Shown piece by piece: positions 38,276 through 50,671 of a DNA stretch of 64,000 bases. Position numbers and translations under genes: made by a program. The first letter of the stretch is position 1. Each line of letters starts with the position of its first letter. Below the pieces are notes generated by a model, which was not told where the DNA came from, did no database searches, and saw only the letters and a list, made by a program, of their open reading frames with translations. Origin of the DNA: Raja brachyura. Its lineage: Eukaryota. The stretch covers positions 992,001 to 1,056,000 of the forward strand of contig OY740795.1 in NCBI GenBank assembly GCA_963514005.1, in the 5' to 3' direction.

Positions 38276-38333
38276 CTGAAAACGAAGCCATTAAATTGAA
38301 CAGGGGGAACCAGATCCCAATCTGGATCGTCAT
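38276..38333 (-). CDS. Leader exon of V2 (MTIQIGIWFPLFNLMASFS)
   Basis: Kozak-like AAACCATG, 58 nt, TCAG|GTGAGT donor in phase 1, in frame with V2 (G+AT = Asp). Confidence 0.75.
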
Positions 38334-39104
38334 GGTTTATTGAACGTGCTTCCTGTCATGTATATTGCCGCGACCCCATGCCTCCAACGAGAGACCAACC
38401 CGCAGAGAATGTATTTGTTTTATTTTTATATTCCCCGTGTTGTAAAGGTAAACGTCGAAGCCTTGTTCTTCGCGGTGTTAGGTAAGCGTGCGTAATTGAC
38501 AAACCCACTGCACGGAGAGCTAACGCAAGAGTGCTTTGGAAATATAAGCGCTAACGTGCAACTGCAATTGTGCAACGCCCTCCAACCATTTCCACGCCCC
38601 CATTTTTCATGTTTCCACATTGTTTTTCTCAACGTTTGAGAAGCACCACCAAGCCTACCCTTCATATCTGGTTTAGTTTTCAGAGCTAACATGTTCATCT
38701 GGCAAGACATTTGACATTTGACATTTCCTCTGACATTTCTCAACCTTCCTTCTTTCTGCTTTTTTGTAGTCGGCAACGATCATAAATGTTTTAGTGTCCC
38801 ACTACCTCGCCAGTGAAAGCAGCGACGTAATACATGTTCAGGTCAAACCGTATACAAGCTTTAAAACGGTATTAAATTCTCTCCGTACTCTGGTTAGCCA
38901 TAGCCCACTACCCATTCCATTCATTTGGTTTCTATTTCTCTATATCATCGTCTATATCTCCCGTTCCCTTTCCACTGACTCCGAATCTGAAGAAGGGCCT
39001 CAACCCGACATGTCACCTGTTAGTTTCCTCCCTAGACGCTGCCTAATACATTGAGTCGCTGCAGATTGTTGCGTCCATGTTTGGTTTAAATCGGCATCTG
39101 CAAT

Positions 39105-39640
39105 TACTTCTGAGAAAAGACATCCTTGCCATAGAGGGGGTACAGAGAAGATTAACCAGACTGATTCCTGGGATGTCAGGACATTCATATGAGGAACGAC
39201 TGGATAGACTCGGCTTGTACTCGCTGGAATTTATAAGATTGAGGGGGGATCTTATAGAAACTTACAACATTCTTAAGGGGTTGGACAAGCTAGATGCTGG
39301 AAGATTGTTCCCGATGCTGGGGGAGTCCAGAACAAGGGGTCACAGTCTTAAGATAAGGGGGAATTCCTTTAGGACCGAGATGAGGAAAACATTCTTTACA
39401 CAGAGAGTGGCGAGTCTCTGAAATTCTCTGCCACAGAAGGTAGTTGAGGCCAGTTCATTGGCTATATTTAAGAGGGGCGTTAGATGTGGCACTTGTGGCT
39501 AAAGGGATCAGGGGGTATGGAGACAAGGCAGGTACAGGATACTGAGTTGGATGATCAGCCATGATCACATTGAATGGCGGTGCAGGCTCGAATGGCGGAA
39601 TGGCCTACTCCTGCACCTATTTTTCTATGTTTCTATGTTT
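39105..39640 (+). mobile_element. CR1 LINE 3' fragment
   Basis: ORF 39077-39421 and a TTTCTATG tail. Confidence 0.85.
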
Positions 39641-39910
39641 ATTTGGGTCTGTGATGTCGAGGCTTGAATGCGCGGCCGGGTGAGGTGCTGGAAACTGATA
39701 GGATGGCGGAAGATCAGAGGCACTTGAACATGCAAGGAATTGAGGCAATGTGGCATGTGTGAGCAGGTGAGACTAGTTCAGATTGGCATCACGTTGGCGC
39801 ACACACACACACACACACCGTGCTTGATGGCGTATCCGTGTACTGCACTGTTTATGCTTCCGCGTGAGACCCCTTTCAGCCATTCACAAAGTAAACATTA
39901 ACCACTTAAT

Positions 39911-40217
39911 GCCCCTGTCCCACTTAGGAAACCTGAACGGAAACCCCTGGAGACTTTGCGCCCCACCCAAGGTTTCCGTGCGGTTCCCGGAGGTTCCAGG
40001 AGGTTGTTGTCCTCCGGCAACCACCTTCAACTAGTATCGCAACCGGCTTCGACTAAAAAAATACCGATTTTTTAAACGGAAACCACTTTCGACCATTAGG
40101 GAGACTGACAAAAACCTCCGGTAACCCAAGGGAACCTCCGGAAACCACACGGAAACCTTGGGTGGGGCGCAAACTCTCCGGAGGTTTCCGTTCAGGTTTC
40201 CCAAGTGGGACAGGGGC
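39911..40217. mobile_element. Fold-back MITE (PIF/Harbinger-like)
   Basis: GCCCCTGTCCCACTTAGGAAACCTGAACGGAAACC ... GGTTTCCGTTCAGGTTTCCCAAGTGGGACAGGGGC; long near-perfect palindromic arms and no ORF. The superfamily is inferred. Confidence 0.75.
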
Positions 40218-40345
40218 GTACCGATTGTATTAACGAAACTGCACCCTCCACTTCCCACTAGGTGGGCCTCTTACACTTTTAATTGCCTCATTTGAAGCAA
40301 ATAAAAAACTCCAGCGCAAACTTTATTGAGGCTCTGCTTAGACGA

Positions 40346-40374
40346 GTGATGACGACCGAGCGTGCGTGACGTGG
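40346..40374. promoter_or_regulatory. Paired CRE-like sites (GTGATGACG, TGACGTGG) ~100-130 bp upstream of the V3 ATG
   Basis: Motif shared with the V1 upstream region. Confidence 0.45.
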
Positions 40375-40476
40375 GTAGGTAAGGCGTATGTACCACGTGC
40401 CCTCTCCGGCGTATCTTCATGAGATGGCCTTGCCCTCGCTGCTCGAGATGCTGCCAGCCGATCAGTAACTCCTGAC

Positions 40477-40525
40477 ATGGAAATCGCTCCGTATCTCGTC
40501 GTCGTGGTGCTGTCTCGTGTATTCA
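40477..40525 (+). CDS. Leader exon of V3 (MEIAPYLVVVVLSRVF)
   Basis: GACATGG start, TTCA|GTGAGT donor in phase 1, in frame with the V3 exon. Confidence 0.85.
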
Positions 40526-41129
40526 GTGAGTCTCTCTCCTGTTTTCCGTTCCAACTGGATGTACGTTTAGAAAACGGGCAGAAAGTAAAGGGGCACGCGC
40601 AACATAAACACGGGCAGTGGAAAAGGGCAGATTTTGAACGTCAACATTTTAATTGTGAAAGGGCTCTCAGCTCGGGTCAAGAAACGTGGGAGGAATATTA
40701 ACCAAACAACGCAGAAAAAAAATCTATTAACTGGGCGAATTGGCGCAAGGAGGCATACAATCAATAACATTAATCGGAAGGGCAGTGAAACTAGTCATAC
40801 TACGGTGGGGGGGTCGGGGAGAGTGTGAAAGGAAGGGTTAGAGAAATCAATATTCATCGGCTTTGTAAGCCGTACAAGCGAAATATGAGGTTGTGTTCCT
40901 CCGATCGGGCCGCGCTCTGACAGCGGAGGAGGCTCAGGACAGAAATATCAGTGTGGAAATGGGAAGGGGAAGTTAAAGTTAGCAACCGGGAGATACAGGC
41001 CAGGGCGGGTAAAGATATCAGAGGTGTTTCTCCAATAATGCAACCGTCTCTGTCTCGTGTGTATCTTTGGTCTGGAGTGCTCCCTTCCGTAATGCACCCC
41101 CCTATTCTTCTCTCCCTTTCTCCTAACAG

Positions 41130-41427
41130 GAGCCGCATCGGTCATTGTGCTCGCCCAACCGGAATCTGCTGCTGTGCAGGTCGAAGGAGATGCGCGGTTC
41201 TCGTGCGAAATGACGGGGGGTTCCATCGACTCCTACGTCATGTATTGGTACCGCCAGCGTCCAGGGAAAGGACTGGAATGGACGACGAGATACTACGACT
41301 CTACCAATATCCAGTATGCTCCTGATGTTCAAGGCCGACAGGAGGCTACAAGCTCCCACTCGAACCTCTACTTGCATGTAAACACCATCCGGGTGGAGGA
41401 CGCTGCCGTGTATTACTGCGCTGCTCG
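41130..41427 (+). CDS. V segment 3 exon, IgH-like (TAILV/VH-delta-like)
   Basis: AAS-VIVLAQPESAAVQVEGDARFSCEMTGGSIDSYVMYWYRQRPGKGLEWTTRYYDSTNIQYAPDVQGRQEATSSHSNLYLHVNTIRVEDAAVYYCAAR. CTAACAG acceptor. Aligns without gaps to V1. Confidence 0.88.
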
Positions 41428-41466
41428 CACAGCCGTATAATCAGCGGCTGTGCTGGTGAGAAACAC
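41428..41466 (+). other. 23-RSS of V segment 3 (degenerate)
   Basis: CACAGCC-gtataatcagcggctgtgctggt(23)-GAGAAACAC; the spacer is homologous to the V1 spacer. Confidence 0.75.
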
Positions 41467-42189
41467 CAGTGCGCTGTAACTGCTGGGAAACCCCAGATCG
41501 AGAACAGACAACATCATTTTTCGCCATCAATAGCTCAAACTGTTGGAGCGCCAGCCGTCCCCTCTCACCAAAGGATCGCGTCGGCGCAGCAGCAGAAGTA
41601 ATCCGCCGCTCGGCCGCAGATCTACCCACTTATTAACTTATGAACCGCATATTTCCTTCGACCTGCACTTATGTTCATAAGTTCATTAATTATAGGGACA
41701 GAATTAGGCTACGCGGCCCATCGAGCCTACTCTGCCCTTCAGCCATGCCTGATCTAGCGCCCCCTCCTAACCCAATTCACCTGCCTTCTCCCCATAATCC
41801 TTGACAACCGTTCCTATCAATTGGCGGTCACTGGGTCATGGGGTACTCTACCACGAAACATGCCCTTCGGTCTACCCTGTCCATGCCCAAGAAGACGTTT
41901 AATCTTCGCAAATTCCAAGTTCCCGCACTTGGCCCATTTTCCTCTAAACCTTTCCTATACATGCTTGGACCAACTGTCTGTTAGTTGTAGGTTTCTAAGT
42001 CACATTCCTTCCCAGCAACTGGCAGTCAGCTCCTCTGGCTTTGCAATTGCCCATGGCGGAGGCCTATTCGGTCTGTCGCCCGTAAACACAGGGGCGACAC
42101 AATGGCGCGGCGCTTTCCACGCCGGGAGAGGCCATTCTGTTTGCAAATTCACTCAAATCTACACACTCGCAAGAAGCATATTTACTTCT

Positions 42190-43170
42190 TCATAGAAACA
42201 TAGAAAAAATAGGTGCAGGAGTAGGCCATCCGGCCCTTCGAGCCTGCACCGCCATTCAATGTGATCATGGCTGATCATCCAACTCAGTATCCCGTACCTG
42301 CCTTCTCTCCATACCCCCTGATCCCTTTAGCCACAAGTGCCACATCTAACGCCCTCTTAAATATAGCCAATGAACTGGCCTCAACTACCTTCTGTGACAG
42401 AGAATTCCAGAGACACACCACTCTCTGTGTAAAGAATGTTTTCCTCATCTCGGTCCTAAAGGAATTCCCCCTTATCCTAAGACTGTGACCCCTTGTTCTG
42501 GACTCCCCCAACATCGGGAACAATCTTCCAGCATCTAGCTTGTCCAACCCCTCAAGAATTTTGTAAGTTTCAATAAGATCCCCCCTCAATCTTCTAAATT
42601 CCAGCGAGTACAAGCCGAGTTTATCCAATCTTTCCTCATATGAAAGTCCTGACATCCCAGGAATCAGTCTGGTGAATCTTCTCTGTACCCCCTCTATGGC
42701 AGGAATGTCTTTCCTCAGATTTGGAGACCAAAACTGTACGCAATACTCCAGGTGTGGCCTCACCAAAACCCTGTACAACTGCAGTAGAACCTCCCTGCTC
42801 CTATACTCAAATCCTTTCGCTATGAATGCTAACATACCATTTGCTTTCTTCACTGCCTGCTGCACCTGCATGCCTACTCTCAATGACGGGTGTGCCATGA
42901 CACCCAGGTCTCGTTGCATCTCCCCTTTTCCTAATCTGCCACCATTCAGATAATAGTCTACCCTCATGTTTTTGCCACCAAAATGGATAACCTCACATTT
43001 ATCCACATTATACTGCATCTGCCATGCATCTACCCATTCATTCAGCCTATCCAAATCACCCTGCAGCCTCCAAGCATCCTCCTCGCCCCTAACTATACCG
43101 CCCAGCTTGGTGTCATCTGCAAATTTGGAGATGTTGCATTGAATTCCCTCGTCCAAATCATTAATATATT
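42190..43170 (-). mobile_element. CR1 LINE 3' part (RT with FADD)
   Basis: ORF 42284-43189: ISKFADDTKLGG...RPHLEYCVQFWSP; CATAGAAA tail. Confidence 0.9.
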
Positions 43171-44729
43171 CACACTTAATAATCTTCACACATTAATAAT
43201 CTTCACACTTTCAACATTTGTTATCAATCTGCGTTTAACATATTTCCATTTTTAAACTAAACAATTCCAATTTCTCCTGCCTCAATCCAGTCCCATCATG
43301 GGAAAGAACGTTTAATGAAAACTCTTCATTCGACTATGGTGTCTGGTATGGAGCAATGCGTCTGTGCACTACACACACTGTCAGTACGATGTAGGTATCC
43401 TAGGGCTTGAACTGGTTTATAGTTAAGATCCGAGACTGGGGCCTGGAGAACGGACAACGGTCATTAAAGGGTCTTCAAATTTCGAACTTGAATTTTAACA
43501 ACATAATTTAATTTCAAATGTGCTATCCAAGTGAGTCCATGGGCAGAAGGAATAGCGCAGCTGCTAGAACCACTGCCTCGCAGAAACACAAGTTCGACCG
43601 TTGTCAGCATGGAGTTTGACCGTTCTTCCTGTGGCCGTGCAGGTTTCCTCCGGGAGGTTCAGTTCGCACCAGTCCCGTCTCCCCCCCCCCCCCCCCCCCC
43701 GTTTGTACGTTCTGCCTGCGGCCTGCGTGCGATTTTTTCCGGAGCTGCGATTTCCTCCTACAACTCAATGACGTGCAGGTTTGTACAATACAATACAATA
43801 CATTACAATACAATACAATGCAATACAGTACCATGAGTTTTATTCGTCACATTGCACATAAAGTGCAAGTGAAATGAATTCCCCAGCAGTGTTACAATGA
43901 TAAAGAACACACAAAAACACACTACAAATTTAACACAAACATCCACCACAGCATTCATCACTGTGGTGGAAGGCACTAAATTTGGTCATCCTCCTCCATT
44001 TACCCCCGTGATCGGGACCTCATCCCTCCGCAGCCGTCGCTTCGGGCGTCCAGTTGTTCAGACAAGGTAAAAAGTCCAGGTATGTCCTGAATCGGTGCTT
44101 CCCCACCGGAGACCGCGGCTTCGGGCTGGTGTAGGCCGCAGGCCGGCGGTCGGAGATTTAAAGTTCGCGCAGCACCGCAGACTGCAGGGCCGGCAGTCGA
44201 TGCTCCCCTCCAAGGATCCCTGGCGAGGCACCCCCGCTCCTGATGGTAAGTAAGTCCCCACTGCGCCCGCGGTGGAAGTAGGCCGCGGGCCTGCATTTGG
44301 AGCTTCTTCTTCCGGGTCCCCCACGAGGGATCCCAGGATGTGGACGCCGCGCCTCTGGAGCTATGCAGTCCCCGGATTCAGGCTGCCGCGGCCAGCGATC
44401 GGAACGCTCACCTCCGGCGAAGGCTCGCCCGCTCCACGCCGAGTCCGTGCTGCACCGGCCGCTGAAGCTCCGGGCACGTCTCCGGAATAGGTCGCCCTAT
44501 CCTCGCTGTTACACTAATTGGCATGGTAAAATTGTAAATTGTCCCAAGTGTATAGGATAGATCTAGTGTACGAGGGTCGCTGGTCGGACCGGAATCGCTG
44601 GGCCGAAGGGTAATCCGCACTGTATCTCTAAAAGCTAAAATGAAAGGGTGAAGCTGGAGGTCCTGTTTCCGTGTAGTTTTTATTGGTGTAGTTTTCCATG
44701 TAGTTTCAATTTAATGAAAGGGGCGCATG

Positions 44730-45965
44730 ATACAATAGACAATAGACTATCGACAATATGTGCAGGAGTAGGCCATTCGGCCCTTCGATCCAGCACTACC
44801 ATTCAATGTGATCATGGCTGATCATCCCCAATCAGTACCCCGGTGCCTGCCTTCTCTCCATATCCCCTGACTCCGCTATTTTTAAGAGCCCTATCTAGCT
44901 CTCCAGAAATCATCCAGAGAACCGGCCTCCACCGCCCTCTGACGCAGAGAATTCCACACTCACTACTCTCTGTGGGAAAAAGTGTTTCCTCGTCTCTAAT
45001 GGCTTACTTTTATTCTTAAACTGTGGCCCCTGGTTCTGGACTCCCCCAACATCGGGAACATGTTTCCTGCCTCTAGCGTGTCCAAGCCCTTAACAATCTT
45101 ATATGTTTCAATGATATCCTCTCTCATTCTTCTAAACTCCAGAGTGTACAAGCCCAGCTGCTCCATTCTCTCAGCATATGACAGTCCCGCCATCCCGGGA
45201 AGTAATCTTGTAAACCTACGCTGCACTCTCTCAATAGCAAGAATGTCCTTCCTCAAATTAGGGGAACAAAACTACACACAATACTCCAGGTGTGGTCTCA
45301 CTGGGGCTCTGTACAACTGCAGAAGGACCTCTTTTCTCTCTCCCGCCTTTATTAAAAAGTGAGATAACATTCGCTACCCATCAATCCACAGGAACTGATC
45401 CTGAGTCTATAGTAGATTAGAAAATTATCACCAATGCATTCACGATTTCTAGAGCCACTTCCTTAAGTACCCTGCGGTGCAGACCATCAGGCCCCTGGGA
45501 TTGATCAGCCTTCAGTCCCATCGGTCAATCCAACACCATTTCCTGCCTAATGTGGATTTCCTTCAGTTCCTCTGTCACCCCAGATCCTCTGGCCACTACT
45601 ATCTGAGGAAGATTGTTCGTGTCTTCCTTAGTGAAGAAAGATCCAAAGTACCTGTTCAACTCATCTGCCATTTCCTTGTTCCCCAAAATAAATTCACCCT
45701 TTTCGGTCTTCAAGGGTCCAACTTTGGTCTTAACTATGTTTTTCCACTTCACATACCTAAAGAAGCTTTTACTATCCTGCTTTATATTCCTGGCTACCTT
45801 ACCTTCCTCCCTCATCTTTTCTTCCCGTATTGTCTTTTTGGTTATCTTCTGTTGTTCTTGAAACATTACCCACTCCTCTTGCTTCCCGCTCATCTTTGCT
45901 ACGTTGTACTTATTCGCTTTAATTTTTACACAGTCCTTGACGTCCCTTGTCAGTCATGGCCGTCC
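44730..45965 (-). mobile_element. Internally deleted CR1 LINE fragments
   Basis: ORFs 44996-45256 and 45525-45893 match non-adjacent parts of ORF2. Confidence 0.8.
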
Positions 45966-47459
45966 CTGATACAGCGCATGCACGATGTTTTTCTATCCTA
46001 CTGCATTCTCAGATCCTCCAAATTGCTTCCAGTCTTAGTTTTAGTTTAGTTTAGTTCAGAGATACAGCGTAGCAACAGGGCCTTCGGTCTACTGACTCAA
46101 TGCCGACCAGCGACCCACGCACTAGGAACAATTTACATTTTTTTTACCGAAGCCAACTAACCTACAAACCAGTACATCTTCGGAATATGGGAGGAAACCG
46201 GAAGTCCGGGAGAAAACTCACGCGGTCACGAGGAGAACGTGCAAACAACGCACAGACAGCACGGGTCGCCAGGGTGGAATCGAGGTTTCTAGCACCGTAA
46301 GGCAGCAACTCTACCGCTGTGCCACCATGTCAACCACTTCATGTTTCCAGTTGATGGAAACGTGTAATGTTCCAACAGTGCCTTCTCAATGGCAGCTCGG
46401 CGCAGATAACTGCTGCCCTCCGAGTGGAATATCTTAACCGACATATTTATTTTCATACTTCACCCACTCCGATTGGACCGATATTTGGACCCTGCCCCGT
46501 GATATAGCCTCTTACTATTCATCCTGCCTATATCCGTCATTGCTCTGTAATCCTCTGTAACTAAAGCATCCATTCAATGCAGAAACCTGGAGGATCTTCT
46601 GCGTCATGGACCACTTTGAAAGCAATTGGTGTACTTGTTCTCTTTGGATTTGGTGATCACAATATAATCATGCCCAACATCCAGTTTTTACCCGCGTTGC
46701 GTTATTTTTAATTGCCATCTGCAAAACTGAAGTCGCTCAAAACGCAGCTAGCCGAGACATGTATCAATCCAATCCTTTCTGGCCGCCATGGGTTCCTAAA
46801 ATGGCTGTAGGTGAATCGTCGAATTCTCAGAGTGGTGCAGCCGACAGAACTGCTGCCTCACAGCGTCAGGGACCGGGGCTCCATCCCAATCTTAGATGCT
46901 ATCCATGCGGAGTTTACTCGTTCACCCAAGGGCAGCCTGGGTTTCCTGCGGGTGCTTCGGCTTCCTACCGCATCCTAACCACGGTTTGCTGGTTAAGTTG
47001 CCTCCTAACATTGCACCAATGTATACAAAATGGATGCGAAAATGGATAAACAATATAGAACTTGCGTGACGGGTGATCAACGCTCGTTGTTGACTCGGGA
47101 ATGCAGAGCCGGTTTTTTTCAAGTTGTGTATCTCAATCAATCAACCTATCACCCCGCTCCCATGTGCTCCTACAACGCTATATTTTGATACACATAAGCG
47201 GCCTTGCCACCGCACACCCCACCTGCTCTACGTTGGATTACCACACAGGGGTATCAGGAGTTATGGAGGAGAAGGCAGGTGAATAGGGTTGGGAGTGAAG
47301 TATAGATAGCCATGACTGAATGGCAGAGTGGTCGAAATGGCCCAATACTGCTCCTAGAACTTGTGAACTTATGAATAATTATGAGTGTCCAGATTTTGGT
47401 TCACGTGGGAAACGAATACGGGATTTTGTCCCCCCCCCCCCCCCCACCCTCTGGATTTA

Positions 47460-48775
47460 TCCCGTCCTCACTACTTTCTACAGGGGCACCATAGAGAGTA
47501 TTCTGACCAGCTGCATCTCTGTCTGGATTGGGGACTGTAAAGCCTCCGACTGGAAGTCCGTGCAGAGAGTGGTGAGGAAGGCTGTAAAAAAATCATCGGG
47601 ACTTCTCTCCCCTCAATCGGGGATATTGCGACCAAACGTTGCTTGTCTAAGGCCAGCAGTATTATAAAAGACCCCACACATCTCCATCACGGACTGTTCA
47701 CTCTGCTGCCCTCGGGCAAAAGATATCGCAGCACAAGGAGCAGAACATCAAGATTCTGCAACAGTTTCTTCCCACGAGCCATCAGATTCCTGAATGCCAT
47801 GTAATGGGCTGCCACCATTGTCTATTTTATCTTTTTATCCATTTTATCTTTTTATCCATTTTATCCTTCTGTTTATTATCGCGTTGCACCGGCAGCCAAA
47901 TGCAGCGGAATTTCGTTTGGAACTGCATATATCGATGAATTTCTAAATTACAATAAAGTTTGTTTGATGATGATTCGATTTTTATGATTTGATCAACATG
48001 CTCGTTTCGTTTTCGCCCTTCAATAAGTGGCCGATTAGGAAAAGGGGAGATGCAGCGCGACCTGGGTGTCATGGTACACCAGTCATTGAAAGTAGGCATG
48101 CAGGTACAGCAGGCAGTGAAGAAAGCGGATGGTATGGTAGCATTCGTAGCAAAAGGATTTGAGTATAGGAGCAGGGAGGTTCTACTGCACTTGTATAGGG
48201 TCTTGGTGAGACCACACCTGGAGTACTGCGTACAGTTCTGGTCTCCAAATCTGAGGAAGGACATTATTGCCATAGAGGGAGTACAGAGAAGGTTCACCAG
48301 GCTGATTCCTGGGATGTCAGGACTGTCTTATGAAGAAAGATTGGATAGACTCGGTTTATACTCTCTAGAATTTAGGATATTGAGAGGGGATCTTATAGAA
48401 ACGTAAACAATTCTTATGGGGTTGGACAGGCTAGATGCAGGAAGATTGTTGGGGAGGTCCAGGACAAGGGGTCACAGCTTAAGGATAAGGGGGAAATCCT
48501 TTTGGACCGAGATGAGAAGGATTTTTTTCACACAGAGAGTGGTGGGTCTCTGGAACTCCCTGCCACAGAGGGTAGTTGAGGCCAGTTCATTGGCTATATT
48601 TAAGAGGGAGTTAGATGTGGCCCTTGTGGTTAAGGGGATCAGAGGGTATGGAGAGAAGGCAGGTACAGGATACTGAGTTGGATGATCAGCCATGATCATA
48701 TTGAATGGCGGTGCAGGCTCGAAGGGCCGAATGGCCTACTCCTGCACCTAATATCTATGTTTCTATGTTTCTAAT
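47460..48775 (+). mobile_element. Rex1/Babar-type 3' fragment (47460-47970) followed by a CR1 3' fragment (48027-48775)
   Basis: FYRGTIESILT motif, then QRDLGVMVH...GYGEKAGTGY and a CR1 tail. Confidence 0.8.
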
Positions 48776-50135
48776 AAATACTCAATTTGTCTGTAGTCAA
48801 AGGCGACTGCACAGATTTTTTTTTAACACACATAAAGTGCGGAGGTAACTCGGCGGGTCAGGCAGCATCTCTGCAGGCGACGATTCCTGTCGGACCCCTT
48901 TTCAGATATTGCCGGGGAGAAACCAGGAATAAATCTAGGGGCAGGACGTGTCATCCGTGTGATAGGGGATACAGGTGAGGAGAGCTGTGGTTGGCAGATG
49001 GTCGGATAAAGGCCAGTGATGAAAACACAAAGGGTTATGCATAAGAGGTTATGAAATGAAGGGGAGGGAAAGGTGACCCCAGGGGAAGGGATAAAGTTGG
49101 AAAGGAGCAAGGGGAGCGGGTTTATGGGAGAAATAGTTACGCATGCAAGTGGGCGCAGGGAGTAGAAGGGGGGGTGTGTTTGTTGGTTAGTAACCCAATA
49201 TTAAAGGACTCAATGTTCATGCCGGTAAGTTTTAGAAAACCCACGAGTAGTATCAGGGTGCTGTTCCTCTAGTTCTCCAGCAGCTCCACTCTGGCTGTTC
49301 AAAGGAGGCCAGGACAGAAAAGTCAGTACGGGAATAGGAATGGAAGTCAAAATGGTTAACAACCGATAGATTCAACAGGCCCTGGCCTACCGACCCCCAA
49401 GTGTTTAGTGAAATATTCGTCTAGTCTATGCTTGGTCTCGCCGACGTAAAGGATGGATATAGCAGAACCCCCGAATGCAGTAAACTAGTGTAGTGGACGT
49501 CAACGTGAAGCTATATATCACCCGGAAGGGCTACTGGAGTCTTGGACAGATTTAACGGTGGAGGTGTCGGGACAGATGTTACATCTGCAACGGTTGATTG
49601 GGTAACGTACCTGGGGAGGGAAGGGTTAGGGTGCGAAGAGATGAGTGGACCGAGGAGTTGCGGATTGAGTCGGCGCCGTAGAAAGCGGAAAGGAGTGGAG
49701 ATGGGAAGATGCGATTGTTGGCGGGTTCACTTCGGACGTGAGGACAATGTTGGGGAATCCTGCTTTGGGTGCGAAAACTGGTCGGGTGAAAGATAAGCAC
49801 CAAAGAACACACTATCCGAGGTGAAGTGCGAATTTTAGCCCTGCATAGATTGCCAATCGGTGACGTGTTGGGAGATGGAACAATCTAATTTAGATGTGTC
49901 ATTTACGGGAAGCTATGGACTTGGACCTCAAGAACCCTTTGTACTTTAATGCTGTTGATGGTACTGACACTAACTATACAGGTTCCGCGTACATTCGACC
50001 TCGCAAAGTGCAATGCCTCACAATTGATCGGATTAAACCTCATCTGCCACTTCTCCGTCCATTTCTGTAATTGTTTTAGATAACAAAGCCGATGTCTCTG
50101 ATTGTGAATTTAGTTGGTGGGAATTTAGTTTATGA

Positions 50136-50671
50136 ATGATATGCTTCAGAAGATGGGAGTGGACTCCGCCTTTATCTCCTGGAAATACAACTAACTGGCG
50201 GGTCGACCACGGTTTGTTAAGCTGGGGGACTGTGCCTCTGGCACAGTGGTGTGCAGTGTTGGAGCCCCACAGGGAACGGTTCTGGCCCCGTTCCTCTTCA
50301 CTCTGTGTACTGCAGACTTTAATTATAAGTCTGACACATGCCACGCACAGAAATATTTAGATGACATAGCGATTGTGGCATGTGTAAGGAACGGGCATGA
50401 GGAGGACTACAGGCACTTGAGCAGTGCCGTCTTTGCCTGGACTATAGAGAACTGTCTCATCCTGAACACAACTAAGACTAAAGAGATGGTGGTTAACTTT
50501 GGCAGGTCCAAGCTCCCACTTCAGCCGGTCAACGCTGCAGGGGCTGACATTGAGGTGGTGCAGACATATAAATGGAGTGCACCTGGATAACAAACTGGAC
50601 GGGTCTGACAACTTTGACGCCCTCTACAAAAAAGGCCTGAGCAGACTCTTTTTCCTCAGAAGGCTCAAATC
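50136..50671 (+). mobile_element. Rex1/Babar-type LINE, 5' piece (RT)
   Basis: VGAPQGTVLAPFLFTL...YLDD...LNTTKTKEMVVNF; ends FLRRLKS. Confidence 0.8.

Noticed and set aside
20973-41427. V1/V3 as IgNAR or NAR-TCR V domains, or as germline-joined genes
   Set aside because: They keep a full CDR2 region, lack NAR motifs, and end in RSS rather than a fused J.
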